Positions 1 through 10,042 of a DNA stretch of 64,000 bases are shown here, in pieces (positions within the stretch are counted from its first letter, which is position 1; every line of letters begins with the position of its first letter). This DNA is from Streptosporangiaceae bacterium (GTDB taxonomy: Bacteria > Actinomycetota > Actinomycetes > Streptosporangiales > Streptosporangiaceae): assembly GCA_035765195.1 (NCBI GenBank), contig DASTYC010000026.1, positions 170,684 through 234,683 of the forward strand. Reading direction: 5' to 3'. The notes under the pieces were generated by a model that saw only the letters and a program-made list of their open reading frames with translations, did no database searches and was not told the origin of the DNA. Made by a program: the position numbers and the translations under genes.

Positions 1-951
1 ACCCTGGCCGCGGGGCTGGCGCACGAGCTGAACAATCCGGCGGCGGCGGTGGTGCGCGCGGCGGGCGAACTGCGCGGGGCGGTTCAGGAGCTGGCCGAGC
101 GGGCCGCCGGGTGGTGCTCGCTGCCCTCGCCGCGGGAACGTTGCCTGCTGCAGCGCGCCCGCGACCTGCTGCCGGACCTGTCCGGCACGCTGCCGGCGCG
201 CGGTCCGCGAGACGAGCTCGCGGCAGCCGATGCCGCCGACCTGGTCATCGACTGGCTGGCCGGCCGCGGCGTCTCCCGAGCGGCGGAGTTCGGCGTCACC
301 CTGGTCGACCACGGGTTCGACCTGGACACGCTGACCGAGCTGAGCGAGGGGATGGGCGATGAGATGCTGGACCGCTCGATCGGCTGCCTAAGCTACTGCC
401 TGCTGACCAACACCCTGGTCGAGGAGGTGTCGCAGGCCGGCCGGCGGATCGAGGCGCTGATCAGGGACGCCAAGGCGTACACCAACCTGGACCGCGCCCC
501 CGAACGCGATGTCGATCTGCGCGAAGGGCTCGACGCAACGCTGACCATGCAGGGCCCGAAGCTGGCCGGCATCCGCGTCCATCGCGACTACGCGGACCTG
601 CCGACGATCGTCGCCTACCCCAGCGAGCTCAACCAGGTCTGGACGAACCTGATCGAGAACGCCGTGGACGCCATGGGCGATCGCGGCGAGCTGCGGATCG
701 CGGCGTGGCCGGAAGCCGACCACGTCGTGGTCGAGATCCGCGACAGCGGCCCGGGCATTCCGCCGGAGCGATTGTCGCTGCTCTTCCAGCCCTTCTACAC
801 GACCAAGGACGTCGGCAGGGGCACCGGGCTCGGCCTGCACCTCAGCCACGACATCGTCACCCACCGGCACCACGGCTCGATCGAGGTCGCGTCGATTCCG
901 GGCGACACGCGCTTCAGGGTGCGGTTGCCGGTGAACGATTGCCAGGCGTGA
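1..951 (+). CDS. sensor histidine kinase, C-terminal part (5' end lies outside window)
   Basis: Frame +1 is open from nt 1. An H-box-like AHELNNP sits at nt 19-39. HATPase_c G-box motifs (DSGPGIP, GRGTGLGL) lie near the C-terminus, and the stop is at 951. Confidence 0.8.
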   Translation, partial: TLAAGLAHELNNPAAAVVRAAGELRGAVQELAERAAGWCSLPSPRERCLLQRARDLLPDLSGTLPARGPRDELAAADAADLVIDWLAGRGVSRAAEFGVTLVDHGFDLDTLTELSEGMGDEMLDRSIGCLSYCLLTNTLVEEVSQAGRRIEALIRDAKAYTNLDRAPERDVDLREGLDATLTMQGPKLAGIRVHRDYADLPTIVAYPSELNQVWTNLIENAVDAMGDRGELRIAAWPEADHVVVEIRDSGPGIPPERLSLLFQPFYTTKDVGRGTGLGLHLSHDIVTHRHHGSIEVASIPGDTRFRVRLPVNDCQA

Positions 952-1837
952 GCCCGAACAGCCGCGCGGCGTTGTCCTTCAAGATCAATGGACGTACCGA
1001 CGGCTTGATGTCGATCTTTTCGAAATCCGCGAGCCACCGGTCCGGAGTGATCATCGGGAAGTCGGAGCCGAACAACATCTTGTCCTTGAGCAGCGTGTTG
1101 GCGTACTGCACGAGCTGCGGCGGGAAGTACTTCGGCGACCATCCGGACAGGTCGATGTAGACCTGCGGCTTGTGCAGCGCCACCGACAGCGCCTCGTCCT
1201 GCCAGGGGAACGACGGGTGGGCGAGGATGATCGGCATGTCGGGGAAGTCGACAGCCACGTCGTCGATGTACATGGGGTTGGCGTACTTCAGCCGGATGCC
1301 GCCGCCGCCACGCGTGCCCGCGCCCACCCCCGTGTGCCCCGTGTGGAACAGGGCGATCAGCCGGTGCTCGGCGATGACCTCGTACAACGGATAGGCCGCC
1401 CGGTCGTTCGGATAAAAGCCCTGCGCGCTGGGGTGCAGCTTGAACCCCCGGACGCCGTGGCCGGTGATGAGCTCGCGCGCCATCTTGACGCCCTCGGCGC
1501 CCCGCGCGGGATCGATGCTGGCGAACGGGATGAGCACGTCGGCGTTCTCGGCGGCGAGCTCGGCCACCTCTTCGTTGGTCGGTGCGGGGCTGCGCCTCGA
1601 GTCCCGGTTCTTGTCGCCCATGATGTCGACACCGAACACGACTGCCGCCATTTTCCGCTGACGGTAGTAGTCGGCAATGTCACGAGTTGTGTGGGCCGTG
1701 ACATCGGTCGCCCGGAAGTACTCGGCCATGTCCTGGAGAACCTGGCCCGCCACGGCGGTCCCCTTGACTGAGGCGTGCACATGAACATGCACGTCGATCG
1801 CGGTGATCGCATCAAGATCCACTGACGTCCCCTGCAC
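914..1837 (-). CDS. amidohydrolase family (TIM-barrel metal-dependent hydrolase) protein
   Basis: 307-aa ORF with an N-terminal HxH-type motif (DVHVHVH) and amidohydrolase-2-like overall pattern. It overlaps the kinase 3' end convergently. Confidence 0.7.
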   Translation of the reverse strand: MQGTSVDLDAITAIDVHVHVHASVKGTAVAGQVLQDMAEYFRATDVTAHTTRDIADYYRQRKMAAVVFGVDIMGDKNRDSRRSPAPTNEEVAELAAENADVLIPFASIDPARGAEGVKMARELITGHGVRGFKLHPSAQGFYPNDRAAYPLYEVIAEHRLIALFHTGHTGVGAGTRGGGGIRLKYANPMYIDDVAVDFPDMPIILAHPSFPWQDEALSVALHKPQVYIDLSGWSPKYFPPQLVQYANTLLKDKMLFGSDFPMITPDRWLADFEKIDIKPSVRPLILKDNAARLFGLTPGNRSPATAP

Positions 1838-1971
1838 CCGTCCTCCATACCCGGCCCAACATCCGGACCTGAAGCCGCCGCCCTGCGAAGGGACGCTCCG
1901 ACAACCTAAACGCTAGACATTTTCGTGACGCTCGTCATGAAAATGCAAATCTCCCAGCTGACAGGGTCTGC

Positions 1972-2664
1972 CTACCCCGCCGGCGCGGGGGCCGGACGGC
2001 GGCCACCGACGTGCGGAGGGACCGGGATTCCGGCGCGGAGCCTGGGGTCGGAGACCGGGTCGCCGAAGACCTGCCGCACCGGCAGCACGCCGGCCCAGAC
2101 GTCGAGCGCGTAGTCCTCTTCCTCGTCGCTCGGCGGGCCCTGGCGCGTCTTCACCGACGCCTCCGTCAGCGGGATCGCCACGACGGTCGTGGCGGCGAGT
2201 TCCTTGCGAGCGGGCGGGCGCGCGACCTCCCAGTGCCCGGGTGCGATCCGTTCGGAGATCGCGCGCAGCGCGTCGAGCTTCTCCCGCGGTTCGTCGACCG
2301 GCCTGGACGTGCCGTAGATGACGGCGCTGCGATAGTTGATCGAGTTGTGGAAGACCGACCGGGCCAGCACGATCCCGTCCAGATGGGTGACGGTGACGCA
2401 GACCTCGGCCCCCACTGCGGCCCGCAGGGCGCGGTTGGCCGTCGAGCCGTGGACGAACAGCGTGTCGCCGATCCGGCCGTACCCGGTCGGGATGACGGCG
2501 GGGGCGCCGTCGACGATCACGCCGAGATGGCAGATCAGCCCGGCGTCGAGAACCTCGTAGAGAGCCGATCGATCGAGCCGGGCGCGGTCGCGCAGCCGGC
2601 CCAGCCGCGTGCGCGCGGTCGAAGAAAGCGGTGTCGTCTGCATGACGCGTACGCTAAAGGCCAC
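1972..2664 (-). CDS. pyridoxamine 5'-phosphate oxidase-like / PPOX-class FMN- or F420-binding protein
   Basis: 230-aa ORF with a split-barrel PNPOx-like sequence pattern (LICHLGVIVDGAPAVIPTGYGR...FVHGS). The start may be the internal Met at about 2643. Confidence 0.6.
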   Translation of the reverse strand: MAFSVRVMQTTPLSSTARTRLGRLRDRARLDRSALYEVLDAGLICHLGVIVDGAPAVIPTGYGRIGDTLFVHGSTANRALRAAVGAEVCVTVTHLDGIVLARSVFHNSINYRSAVIYGTSRPVDEPREKLDALRAISERIAPGHWEVARPPARKELAATTVVAIPLTEASVKTRQGPPSDEEEDYALDVWAGVLPVRQVFGDPVSDPRLRAGIPVPPHVGGRRPAPAPAG

Positions 2665-2718
2665 GTGGACCCGCCGGTAAGTGCCGAGCCGCGCCGTGAT
2701 CGGTGAGGGCGTCGTTCC

Positions 2719-3291
2719 TCACGCCGAGCGCGGACCCCGCGGCGTGACGCCGGCGGCGGCGAGCGCGACCGCCAGCCGCCGCAGCCCGCTGTAGATCCCC
2801 GATCGCGCCGCGCCCTCCGGGATGGCCAGTTCGGTCGCCACCTCACGGAAGCTGAGCCCGTGCAGGTACGCGAGCATGATCGCGTTGCGCTGGTCGGCGG
2901 GCAGACCGAGCAGCACGTCGCGCACCGTCTTCGCGGCCGGCGGACCGGTCGGCGGCGTCCCCTCGACCGGCTCCCAGTCGAGCGCGGACCGCACCGCCTG
3001 ATGCCGCCCCACCTGGCGCAACCGATCGATCGCGCGGGTCCTGGCCAGCTCGCAGAGCAACACGCGCAGCGGTCCGCGATCCGGATCGAACTCCCCCGGC
3101 CGTTCCCACAGCCGCAGGAAGACGTGTTCTGTGATCTCTTCGGCCGCCCGCTCGTCGCCGGTGGCCCGCACCGCGATGCCATAGACGTACGGGGCGAACT
3201 CGTCGTAGGCCGCCGCGAGAGCCTCGTCGTCACCGGCCCGGAGCCGGCGGTGCAACAGCCGCTCCCACGCGTGATCGTGCGGGACCCTCAT
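2719..3291 (-). CDS. ECF-type RNA polymerase sigma-70 factor
   Basis: Sigma-70 region 2 and region 4 patterns (FAPYVYGIAVRATGD, AIMLAYLHGLSFREVATELAIPEGAARS). The ATG lies 2 nt after the upstream anti-sigma stop. Confidence 0.85.
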   Translation of the reverse strand: MRVPHDHAWERLLHRRLRAGDDEALAAAYDEFAPYVYGIAVRATGDERAAEEITEHVFLRLWERPGEFDPDRGPLRVLLCELARTRAIDRLRQVGRHQAVRSALDWEPVEGTPPTGPPAAKTVRDVLLGLPADQRNAIMLAYLHGLSFREVATELAIPEGAARSGIYSGLRRLAVALAAAGVTPRGPRSA

Positions 3292-3292
3292 G

Positions 3293-4309
3293 TCAATCAC
3301 CACACCCAAGGCTCGCGATCGCACGCAGCACGGTCAGCGTGCTGTCCGGATCACCGTCGGCGATCGCCACGAACTCCTCCGGTGCCCGCCGCCCGGCCAG
3401 CAGGCGGCAGAACTCCACCACGTCACAGGTGATGGTCACCTCCGGCGGGACCGCCGGGTCGCGCCCCGGCGGCAGCTCCCACGTGCCGCCGCCCGCGCCG
3501 TGCAAGATCAGCCGTACCGGCCGGTCCGCGCCGCCGGCGGCGGCCGCGGCGAGGGCCGTGGGCAACAGCCGCACGCCCAGCTCCGCGATGAGGCGGACGT
3601 GCTCGGCTGGCGGCGGCCGCGACGGCAGGTCCAGCACGGCGCGCACGTCGTCGGCGTGGATCCAGGTCTCGAACGCGCGCTGGACCAGGCCGTCGCGCAG
3701 CGGCCGCACGGCCTGGTGGCGACCGGCCAGCCGGACCGGGCGGTCGAGCCGGTCGGCCGGGTCGGCCGGAACCCTCTCGAGCACCATGGCGGCGCGCTCC
3801 CGCCACACCCGCCGGACGTGCTGGTCGTGCCGGTCATGCCGGTCGGGCCGGTCGGGTCGGTCGGGTCGGTTGTCGTCCGCCGGCCGGACCAGCCCGAGGT
3901 CCGCGGCGACCATCTGGTCGTTGGCGCTCAGATGCGCGATCAGCGCGCGGACGTTTCCGTGCCGGGGGACGGCCGCCCGCCAATCCCGCGGGCTCAGCCC
4001 GCCGAGCAGCGCGTCGAGGGCCGCCACCTGGGTGGCGTACGCGAGCGCCTGCGGCGAGCCGGCCGAGCCCTTCCGCCCGCCGACACGGGCGGCCCGGGCG
4101 GCGGCCAGAACGGCGTCGCGCAGCCGGGCCGGCGGGCGCACCGGCTGGGCGGTGCCCAGCCAGTCCACGGCGCCCCGCAGCATGGCCGCCTCGGCCGCGC
4201 AGGCGGCGCAGCCGTTGAGCGTGGTGAGGGCGCGGCCGGCCGCGGCGGAGGTCGCGGCGAGCGCCCAGGCCGCCTGCGCCTCGGGATCGTGCTCGTGCTC
4301 TCGATCCAT
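3293..4309 (-). CDS. putative anti-sigma factor (ZAS-like HxxxCxxC N-terminus) fused to a mycothiol-dependent maleylpyruvate isomerase (MDMPI)-like domain
   Basis: Strong RBS GGAGGAGCC before the ATG at 4309. The N-terminus carries a His plus CAAC motif. The gene is immediately upstream of and translationally coupled to the sigma factor, and it contains a (DRP)n repeat. Confidence 0.7.
   Translation of the reverse strand: MDREHEHDPEAQAAWALAATSAAAGRALTTLNGCAACAAEAAMLRGAVDWLGTAQPVRPPARLRDAVLAAARAARVGGRKGSAGSPQALAYATQVAALDALLGGLSPRDWRAAVPRHGNVRALIAHLSANDQMVAADLGLVRPADDNRPDRPDRPDRHDRHDQHVRRVWRERAAMVLERVPADPADRLDRPVRLAGRHQAVRPLRDGLVQRAFETWIHADDVRAVLDLPSRPPPAEHVRLIAELGVRLLPTALAAAAAGGADRPVRLILHGAGGGTWELPPGRDPAVPPEVTITCDVVEFCRLLAGRRAPEEFVAIADGDPDSTLTVLRAIASLGCGD
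3838..3878. repeat. imperfect hexanucleotide (GGTCGG/CCGACC)n microsatellite inside the anti-sigma CDS, encoding DRPDRPDRPDRHDRHD
   Basis: Read directly from the sequence ccggtcgggccggtcgggtcggtcgggtcggttgtcg. The unit length of 6 preserves the reading frame. Confidence 0.7.
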
Positions 4310-4440
4310 GGCTCCTCCGGGAGTCGATGAGGAGATGGAGCCGAGATGGTTCGCCGTCCGGCGGCCGTCGGATCGCCGCCGGACGGCGATGTTATGAACC
4401 CGTTACCACGCTCACGTACGTGCCGTCCCGCCGGTGCGGA

Positions 4441-5643
<1,203 letters not shown>

Positions 5644-5664
5644 GGTCGCTTTCCTCCCGGGGTG

Positions 5665-6810
5665 TCAGGCGCGCTGTTTGGCTCGGGTGCCGGTTCGCTT
5701 GGCGGCGGCGCGGCCGGTGGCACCGGCGGCGCCGGCGCCGTTGCCGTCGGCGGACGACGGCGGTTGTCGTGGCGGCGCGGGGGCCTGCTCGGACGCGAGC
5801 TCCTTCCGTACCTGCTCGGTACCGGCCACCATGGCCCGCAGCTTCGCCCGCGCGACATCGGCGGGCAGATGCCGCAGCCCGCAGTCGGGGTTGATCACCA
5901 GCCGTTCGGCCGGCACGTACTCCAGCGCCCGCCGGATGCGCCGGGCGACCAGCTCCGGAGTTTCCACCTCGGCGCTCTTGACGTCGATCACACCGAGGCC
6001 GAGCGACCGGTCCCACTCGAAGGCACGGAACAGCCGCAGGTCGTCCAGGCCCCGCCGGGCGAACTCGAGGACCAGCTGGTCCACCTTGGCGGACTGGACG
6101 GCGGGGAACAGGAAGTCGTAGTGCCCCTCCCACAGCGGGCGGGCGTAGCGGTTGCCGTAGCAGACGTGCAGCGCCCACGTGGCGTCGACGCCCTCGGTGA
6201 CGATGTTGACCGCCTCGACCGCGAGCTCCACGTCCTCGCGGTAGCCGGCGAGGAACGGCTCGTCGATCTGCAGCAGCTCGGCCCCGGCGGCGACGAGCGC
6301 GCGGGCCTCGGCGTTCAGCCGCAGCGCGATCGCCCGGACCAGGCCTGCCCGATCCTTGTACGCGCCGGTGTCGCTGATCCGCCGCGACAGGGAGAACGGC
6401 CCGGTGAAGGAGAACTTGATCGGGCGGTCGGTCTGGCCGCGGGTGAAGGCGAAGTCGGCGGCCAGCCCGAGGCTCGTCTCCGGGTCCTCGGGCAGCGGGC
6501 GGCTGACCTCGGCCTCGTAGTAGTCGAAGTAGTCGGTCTTGGCGTGGTGCGGCAGGTGCACGCCCGGGATGCGGGCGAGGAAGTAGTCGACGTCGTTGTC
6601 GCGGCGCAGCTCGCCGTCGGAGACGATGTCGATCCCGGCCCGCTCCTGGTCCTTGATCGCCGCCTTGATGGCGATCTCGTGGATCTCCGTGAGGTGCTGG
6701 CCGCTGATGCGCCGCTGGTAGTAGTCGGTCTTGAGCCGTTCCAGCCATTCGGGCACGGAGTACGAGCCGACGACGGTGGTCGGCAGCAGCACGTGCTTCT
6801 TTCGAGCCAT
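5665..6810 (-). CDS. short (core) cobalamin-independent methionine synthase-like homocysteine methyltransferase (MetE C-terminal domain only)
   Basis: 381 aa with Meth_synt_2-like Zn/thiol-binding ligands retained (HVCYGN, LVLEFA, INPDCGL). It lacks the folate-binding N-terminal MetE half. The stop lies 22 nt before the metK ATG. Confidence 0.8.
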   Translation of the reverse strand: MARKKHVLLPTTVVGSYSVPEWLERLKTDYYQRRISGQHLTEIHEIAIKAAIKDQERAGIDIVSDGELRRDNDVDYFLARIPGVHLPHHAKTDYFDYYEAEVSRPLPEDPETSLGLAADFAFTRGQTDRPIKFSFTGPFSLSRRISDTGAYKDRAGLVRAIALRLNAEARALVAAGAELLQIDEPFLAGYREDVELAVEAVNIVTEGVDATWALHVCYGNRYARPLWEGHYDFLFPAVQSAKVDQLVLEFARRGLDDLRLFRAFEWDRSLGLGVIDVKSAEVETPELVARRIRRALEYVPAERLVINPDCGLRHLPADVARAKLRAMVAGTEQVRKELASEQAPAPPRQPPSSADGNGAGAAGATGRAAAKRTGTRAKQRA

Positions 6811-6823
6811 GGTGTCCTCGATC

Positions 6824-8341
6824 TCAGTCCCGTGCCTGTGCGGTGAGCGTCTTGACGTTCGCGCTGGGCCGCTGCTTGAAGGGGCTGAACCGCACGTCGA
6901 ACCCGCGCCGGTTGCCGATGAGCTGCAGCAGCGGGCCGTTCACCCAGTTCACGACCGAGCCGTCGTACTTGCCCGGCCCGTAGAACCCGTTGCGGTACTG
7001 CCGCCGGTCGGTCAGGAACAGGTCATGGCACTGCAGCCTGCCGTACGGGTGGAGCAGCGGCAGCGTGTCGGCGAAGCTGCTCAGCGTGCCGTTGTTGACG
7101 TGCATGCGAAGGTCGCCCGCGGCCTCCAGGACCGGACGGAGGATCTCCCCGCTCAGCGACGGCGAGATCTGGTAGAGGTCGAGCCCGGCCATCGGCACGT
7201 AGCGCTCCTGCAGCCGCAGCGCCTCCCACACGTCCCGCCAGAACCCGACGGCCCGTTCGGGATCGGGGAAACGGTCGGGCAGCGACACGCTCAGCAGCTC
7301 CGGCCCCAGCCGCAGCAGCCGGTCGATCACCGTGCCGAGCTGGTCCAGCGCGACGCCATAGGTCTCCGCGATCTGGCGGGCGGCGGCGGCGCGCAGGTAC
7401 GCGCGGACCTCCACCTGATACATCCGGCCGTCGATGCAGGCCACCTCGTCGGACGGGAGGTTGTCGTAGAGGTTGGAGATGTAGACGAGGAACGCCTTGC
7501 CGGCGAGGAAGCCGAGCGTGTGGGCCGGGTGCACCGCGTCCAGCACCAGCGCGTTGACCCGGTCGCCGTGGTGGGCGACCGCCTTCCTGGCCCGTTCCAG
7601 CACGTGCGGCGAGTAGTCGCCCATCAGGTAGTGCAGCCGGTGGTAGTAGTCGCGGCCGCGGGCGACGTCCAGTTCGGCGAACGCGTCGAGCCAGGTGCGG
7701 GCCTGGTTGCCGTTGCCGACGCCGAGCTCGACGATGTACAGCTCCTCGGGCAGCGCCTGCCGCGCGTCCAGGTCGTCCCAGACCTTGAACAGCTCCAGGA
7801 TCAGCTCCCGTACGGCCTCCTGGTTGCGGGCGTCGCTTTCACCGCCGGGCAGCGCCTGCTCGTACTCGCGTCCGGTGGCCTTCTCCCACTGCGACAGCGC
7901 CTGCCAGTAGAGCGCGTTGAACCGCCAGATGCAGCTGTCGCGGCCGGGGACCCAGTCCTCCAGCGTGATCCGGTCGCCGTCGGCCGACTGCTCGACCCCG
8001 GGCTCGGCGGCGGTGTCGGCGACGGCGTCCGCGCCCGCGTGCCGGCCGGCCTCCTCCAGCACCTCCTTGGTGCGGGCCGCCAGATCGACGTCGGGGCAGC
8101 GGCGCAGGTCGACGGCGATCTCCAGGCCGCTGTCCTCCTGCCGGCCCGGCCACGCGCCGAGCACCGGGCGATAGTCGACGACCTCGCGGAAGTTCTTGCG
8201 GTACTGGATCCAGTCGCACACCACGCGCAGCCGCGACAGGTCGGCCGACGACGCGCCAAGGGTCTCGACGATCGGTCCGAAGACGGCGGGCGCGTCGACC
8301 GACTCGCGTAGCCGCTTCACCGCGCGTACGTCAATTCGCAT
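6824..8341 (-). CDS. hypothetical protein X: MidA/NDUFAF7-like (Methyltransf_28-type) putative SAM-dependent methyltransferase with a roughly 200-aa unique N-terminal extension
   Basis: GxGxG motif ELGVGNGNQARTW plus a downstream ISNLYDNLPSDEV motif resembling the MidA ANEFFDALP motif. An RBS GGGGAGGG precedes the ATG. The start overlaps the MTHFR stop by about 11 nt, and the stop is 13 nt before the core-metE start. Confidence 0.6.
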   Translation of the reverse strand: MRIDVRAVKRLRESVDAPAVFGPIVETLGASSADLSRLRVVCDWIQYRKNFREVVDYRPVLGAWPGRQEDSGLEIAVDLRRCPDVDLAARTKEVLEEAGRHAGADAVADTAAEPGVEQSADGDRITLEDWVPGRDSCIWRFNALYWQALSQWEKATGREYEQALPGGESDARNQEAVRELILELFKVWDDLDARQALPEELYIVELGVGNGNQARTWLDAFAELDVARGRDYYHRLHYLMGDYSPHVLERARKAVAHHGDRVNALVLDAVHPAHTLGFLAGKAFLVYISNLYDNLPSDEVACIDGRMYQVEVRAYLRAAAARQIAETYGVALDQLGTVIDRLLRLGPELLSVSLPDRFPDPERAVGFWRDVWEALRLQERYVPMAGLDLYQISPSLSGEILRPVLEAAGDLRMHVNNGTLSSFADTLPLLHPYGRLQCHDLFLTDRRQYRNGFYGPGKYDGSVVNWVNGPLLQLIGNRRGFDVRFSPFKQRPSANVKTLTAQARD

Positions 8342-9323
8342 GGTCCCTCCCCGGTCCACCGGCGTCCGCGGCGTCCGCGGCGTCCGCGGCATCCGCATCC
8401 GCGGCGCCGACGTCGCCGCGCGCGCCGACACCGGCCTCCTCCAAGATCTCCGGGATGCCGCGCTCGTACCCGATGGCCATGACGTGGACGCCCGATACCC
8501 CGGGGACCTCCCGGAGCATCTGGACGATCTCGGCGGCCAGCCGCATCCCCTCGGCCGCGACCCGGTCGGCGGGGACACCGCGCAGCCGCCGGTCGACCTC
8601 GTCGGGGATGTGCAGGCCCGGCACGTTGTTGCGCATGTGGTCGAGCGCCCGCAGCGTCCGGATCGGCCCCACGCCGGCGATGACAAAGCAGCGCTCCGTG
8701 AGGCCGAGGTCGATCACCTGCTCCATCCAGCGCGCGAAGCCCGGAACGTCGAACACGAACTGGGTCTGGACGAACTCCGCGCCCGCCGCGACCTTCTTGG
8801 CGAGTCGCTGCGCGCGGAAGCCCTCGGGCGGCGCGAAGGGGTTCTCCACCGCGCCGATGAACCAGTCGGGCGCCGGGTCCAGTTCGCGGCCGGACAGCAG
8901 TTTGCGCTCGTCCCGCATGGTCCTGGCGGTCCAGGTGAGCTGGATGCTGTCCAGATCGAAGACCGGCTTGGCCTCGGCGTGATCGCCCAGCTTGGGATGG
9001 TCGCCGGTCATCAGCAGCACATTCGGGATCCCCATGGCGGATGCGGACAGCAGGTCGGACTGCAGCGCGATGCGGTTGCGGTCGCGGCACGTCATCTGCA
9101 TGACCGGCTCGACGCCCGCGGCCATGGCGGCCAGGCTGCCCGCCCAGCTGGACAGCCGTACGTGCGAACCCTGGTTGTCGGTGATGTTCACCGCGTCCAC
9201 CCAGCCGCGCAGGATCTCGACCTTGTTCCGCACGGCGGCCAGATCCGCGCCGCGCGGCGGCCCGATCTCGGCGGTCACCGCGAAACCACCGGACTCCAGG
9301 CGTTTACGCAGCCTCGAACTCAT
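8331..9323 (-). CDS. metF: methylenetetrahydrofolate reductase (MetF-type catalytic subunit)
   Basis: 330 aa MTHFR TIM-barrel pattern (ITDNQGSHVR..., LLMTGDHP, AGAEFVQTQFVFD). The ATG overlaps the upstream MetV-like stop by 4 nt. Confidence 0.85.
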   Translation of the reverse strand: MSSRLRKRLESGGFAVTAEIGPPRGADLAAVRNKVEILRGWVDAVNITDNQGSHVRLSSWAGSLAAMAAGVEPVMQMTCRDRNRIALQSDLLSASAMGIPNVLLMTGDHPKLGDHAEAKPVFDLDSIQLTWTARTMRDERKLLSGRELDPAPDWFIGAVENPFAPPEGFRAQRLAKKVAAGAEFVQTQFVFDVPGFARWMEQVIDLGLTERCFVIAGVGPIRTLRALDHMRNNVPGLHIPDEVDRRLRGVPADRVAAEGMRLAAEIVQMLREVPGVSGVHVMAIGYERGIPEILEEAGVGARGDVGAADADAADAADAADAGGPGRDHAN

Positions 9324-9994
9324 CGACGCACCTGCCCGTCGCCGTCACCGTCACCGTCGCCGGCACCATCGCCGGCACCATCGTCATGGCCTTCGTCATG
9401 GCCTTGCTCATCGCCTCGTCCCTCGCCCGACACGGGATGCAGGCCGGGCCGTACGGCGACGGCCTCGGGGGCGGTCCACAGGTCCTCATCGCGGCCCTGC
9501 CAGTAGTTGATCCACGAGCTCTGCCCCCAGACGCGCTGGTCGATGGGGCGCTGCAAGCGGTTCAGGTCGGCCGCCCGCCGCTGGCTGTCCGCGCGCTCGT
9601 AGGCCTCCAGCCACACACAGCGCAGCTCCGGGTAGACCTCGCAGGCACCGTCCGCCCCGACGCCGCCGCACGGACCGTTGCGCATCTGCTTGGGGCAGCT
9701 CATCGGACACGTGTACCCGGTGACGGGAAGCGCACACTGGCCGCACATGGAGCACCCGAACAGATCGGTCTTGACTCGCTCCTCGGCCCGCGTGAACAGC
9801 GCGCGCAGCCGCGGAAACGACTCGAGTCCGGCGGCGAGCACGCGATAGAAGGCGTTCGGCCGGAGCAGACGCTGCATGCGATACATCGAGCGGGCGGACG
9901 GCCGCGGGTGGTGCGGACGCGGCTGCTCGCGCGGTGGCGCCGCTTCGTCCCGGCCGCTTTCCCGGGTCTGGATCGCCTGCGTCACGTCAACCAC
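9320..9994 (-). CDS. MTHFR C-terminal-domain-like zinc-ribbon protein (MetV-like partner of MetF) with a His/Asp/Gly-rich repetitive tail
   Basis: Cys-rich core (CSMCGQCALPVTGYTCPMSCPKQMRNGPCGG) typical of the MetV / MTHFR_C family. GTG start with RBS GGAAAGGGG. The tail ...GHDEGHDDGAGDGAGDGDGDGDG is encoded by tandem nucleotide repeats. Confidence 0.7.
   Translation of the reverse strand: MVDVTQAIQTRESGRDEAAPPREQPRPHHPRPSARSMYRMQRLLRPNAFYRVLAAGLESFPRLRALFTRAEERVKTDLFGCSMCGQCALPVTGYTCPMSCPKQMRNGPCGGVGADGACEVYPELRCVWLEAYERADSQRRAADLNRLQRPIDQRVWGQSSWINYWQGRDEDLWTAPEAVAVRPGLHPVSGEGRGDEQGHDEGHDDGAGDGAGDGDGDGDGQVRR
9330..9420. repeat. tandem codon-level repeats encoding the acidic/His-rich MetV-like tail
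   Basis: Visible repeated units such as gtcaccgtcaccgtcgcc, ggcaccatcgccggcaccatcg and tcatggccttcgtcatggccttgctcatcgcc. Confidence 0.5.
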
Positions 9995-10042
9995 CCCTTT
10001 CCGCTTCCGGCGTTCTTTCGAGTCTTCGAGTCTTCGGCGTCT

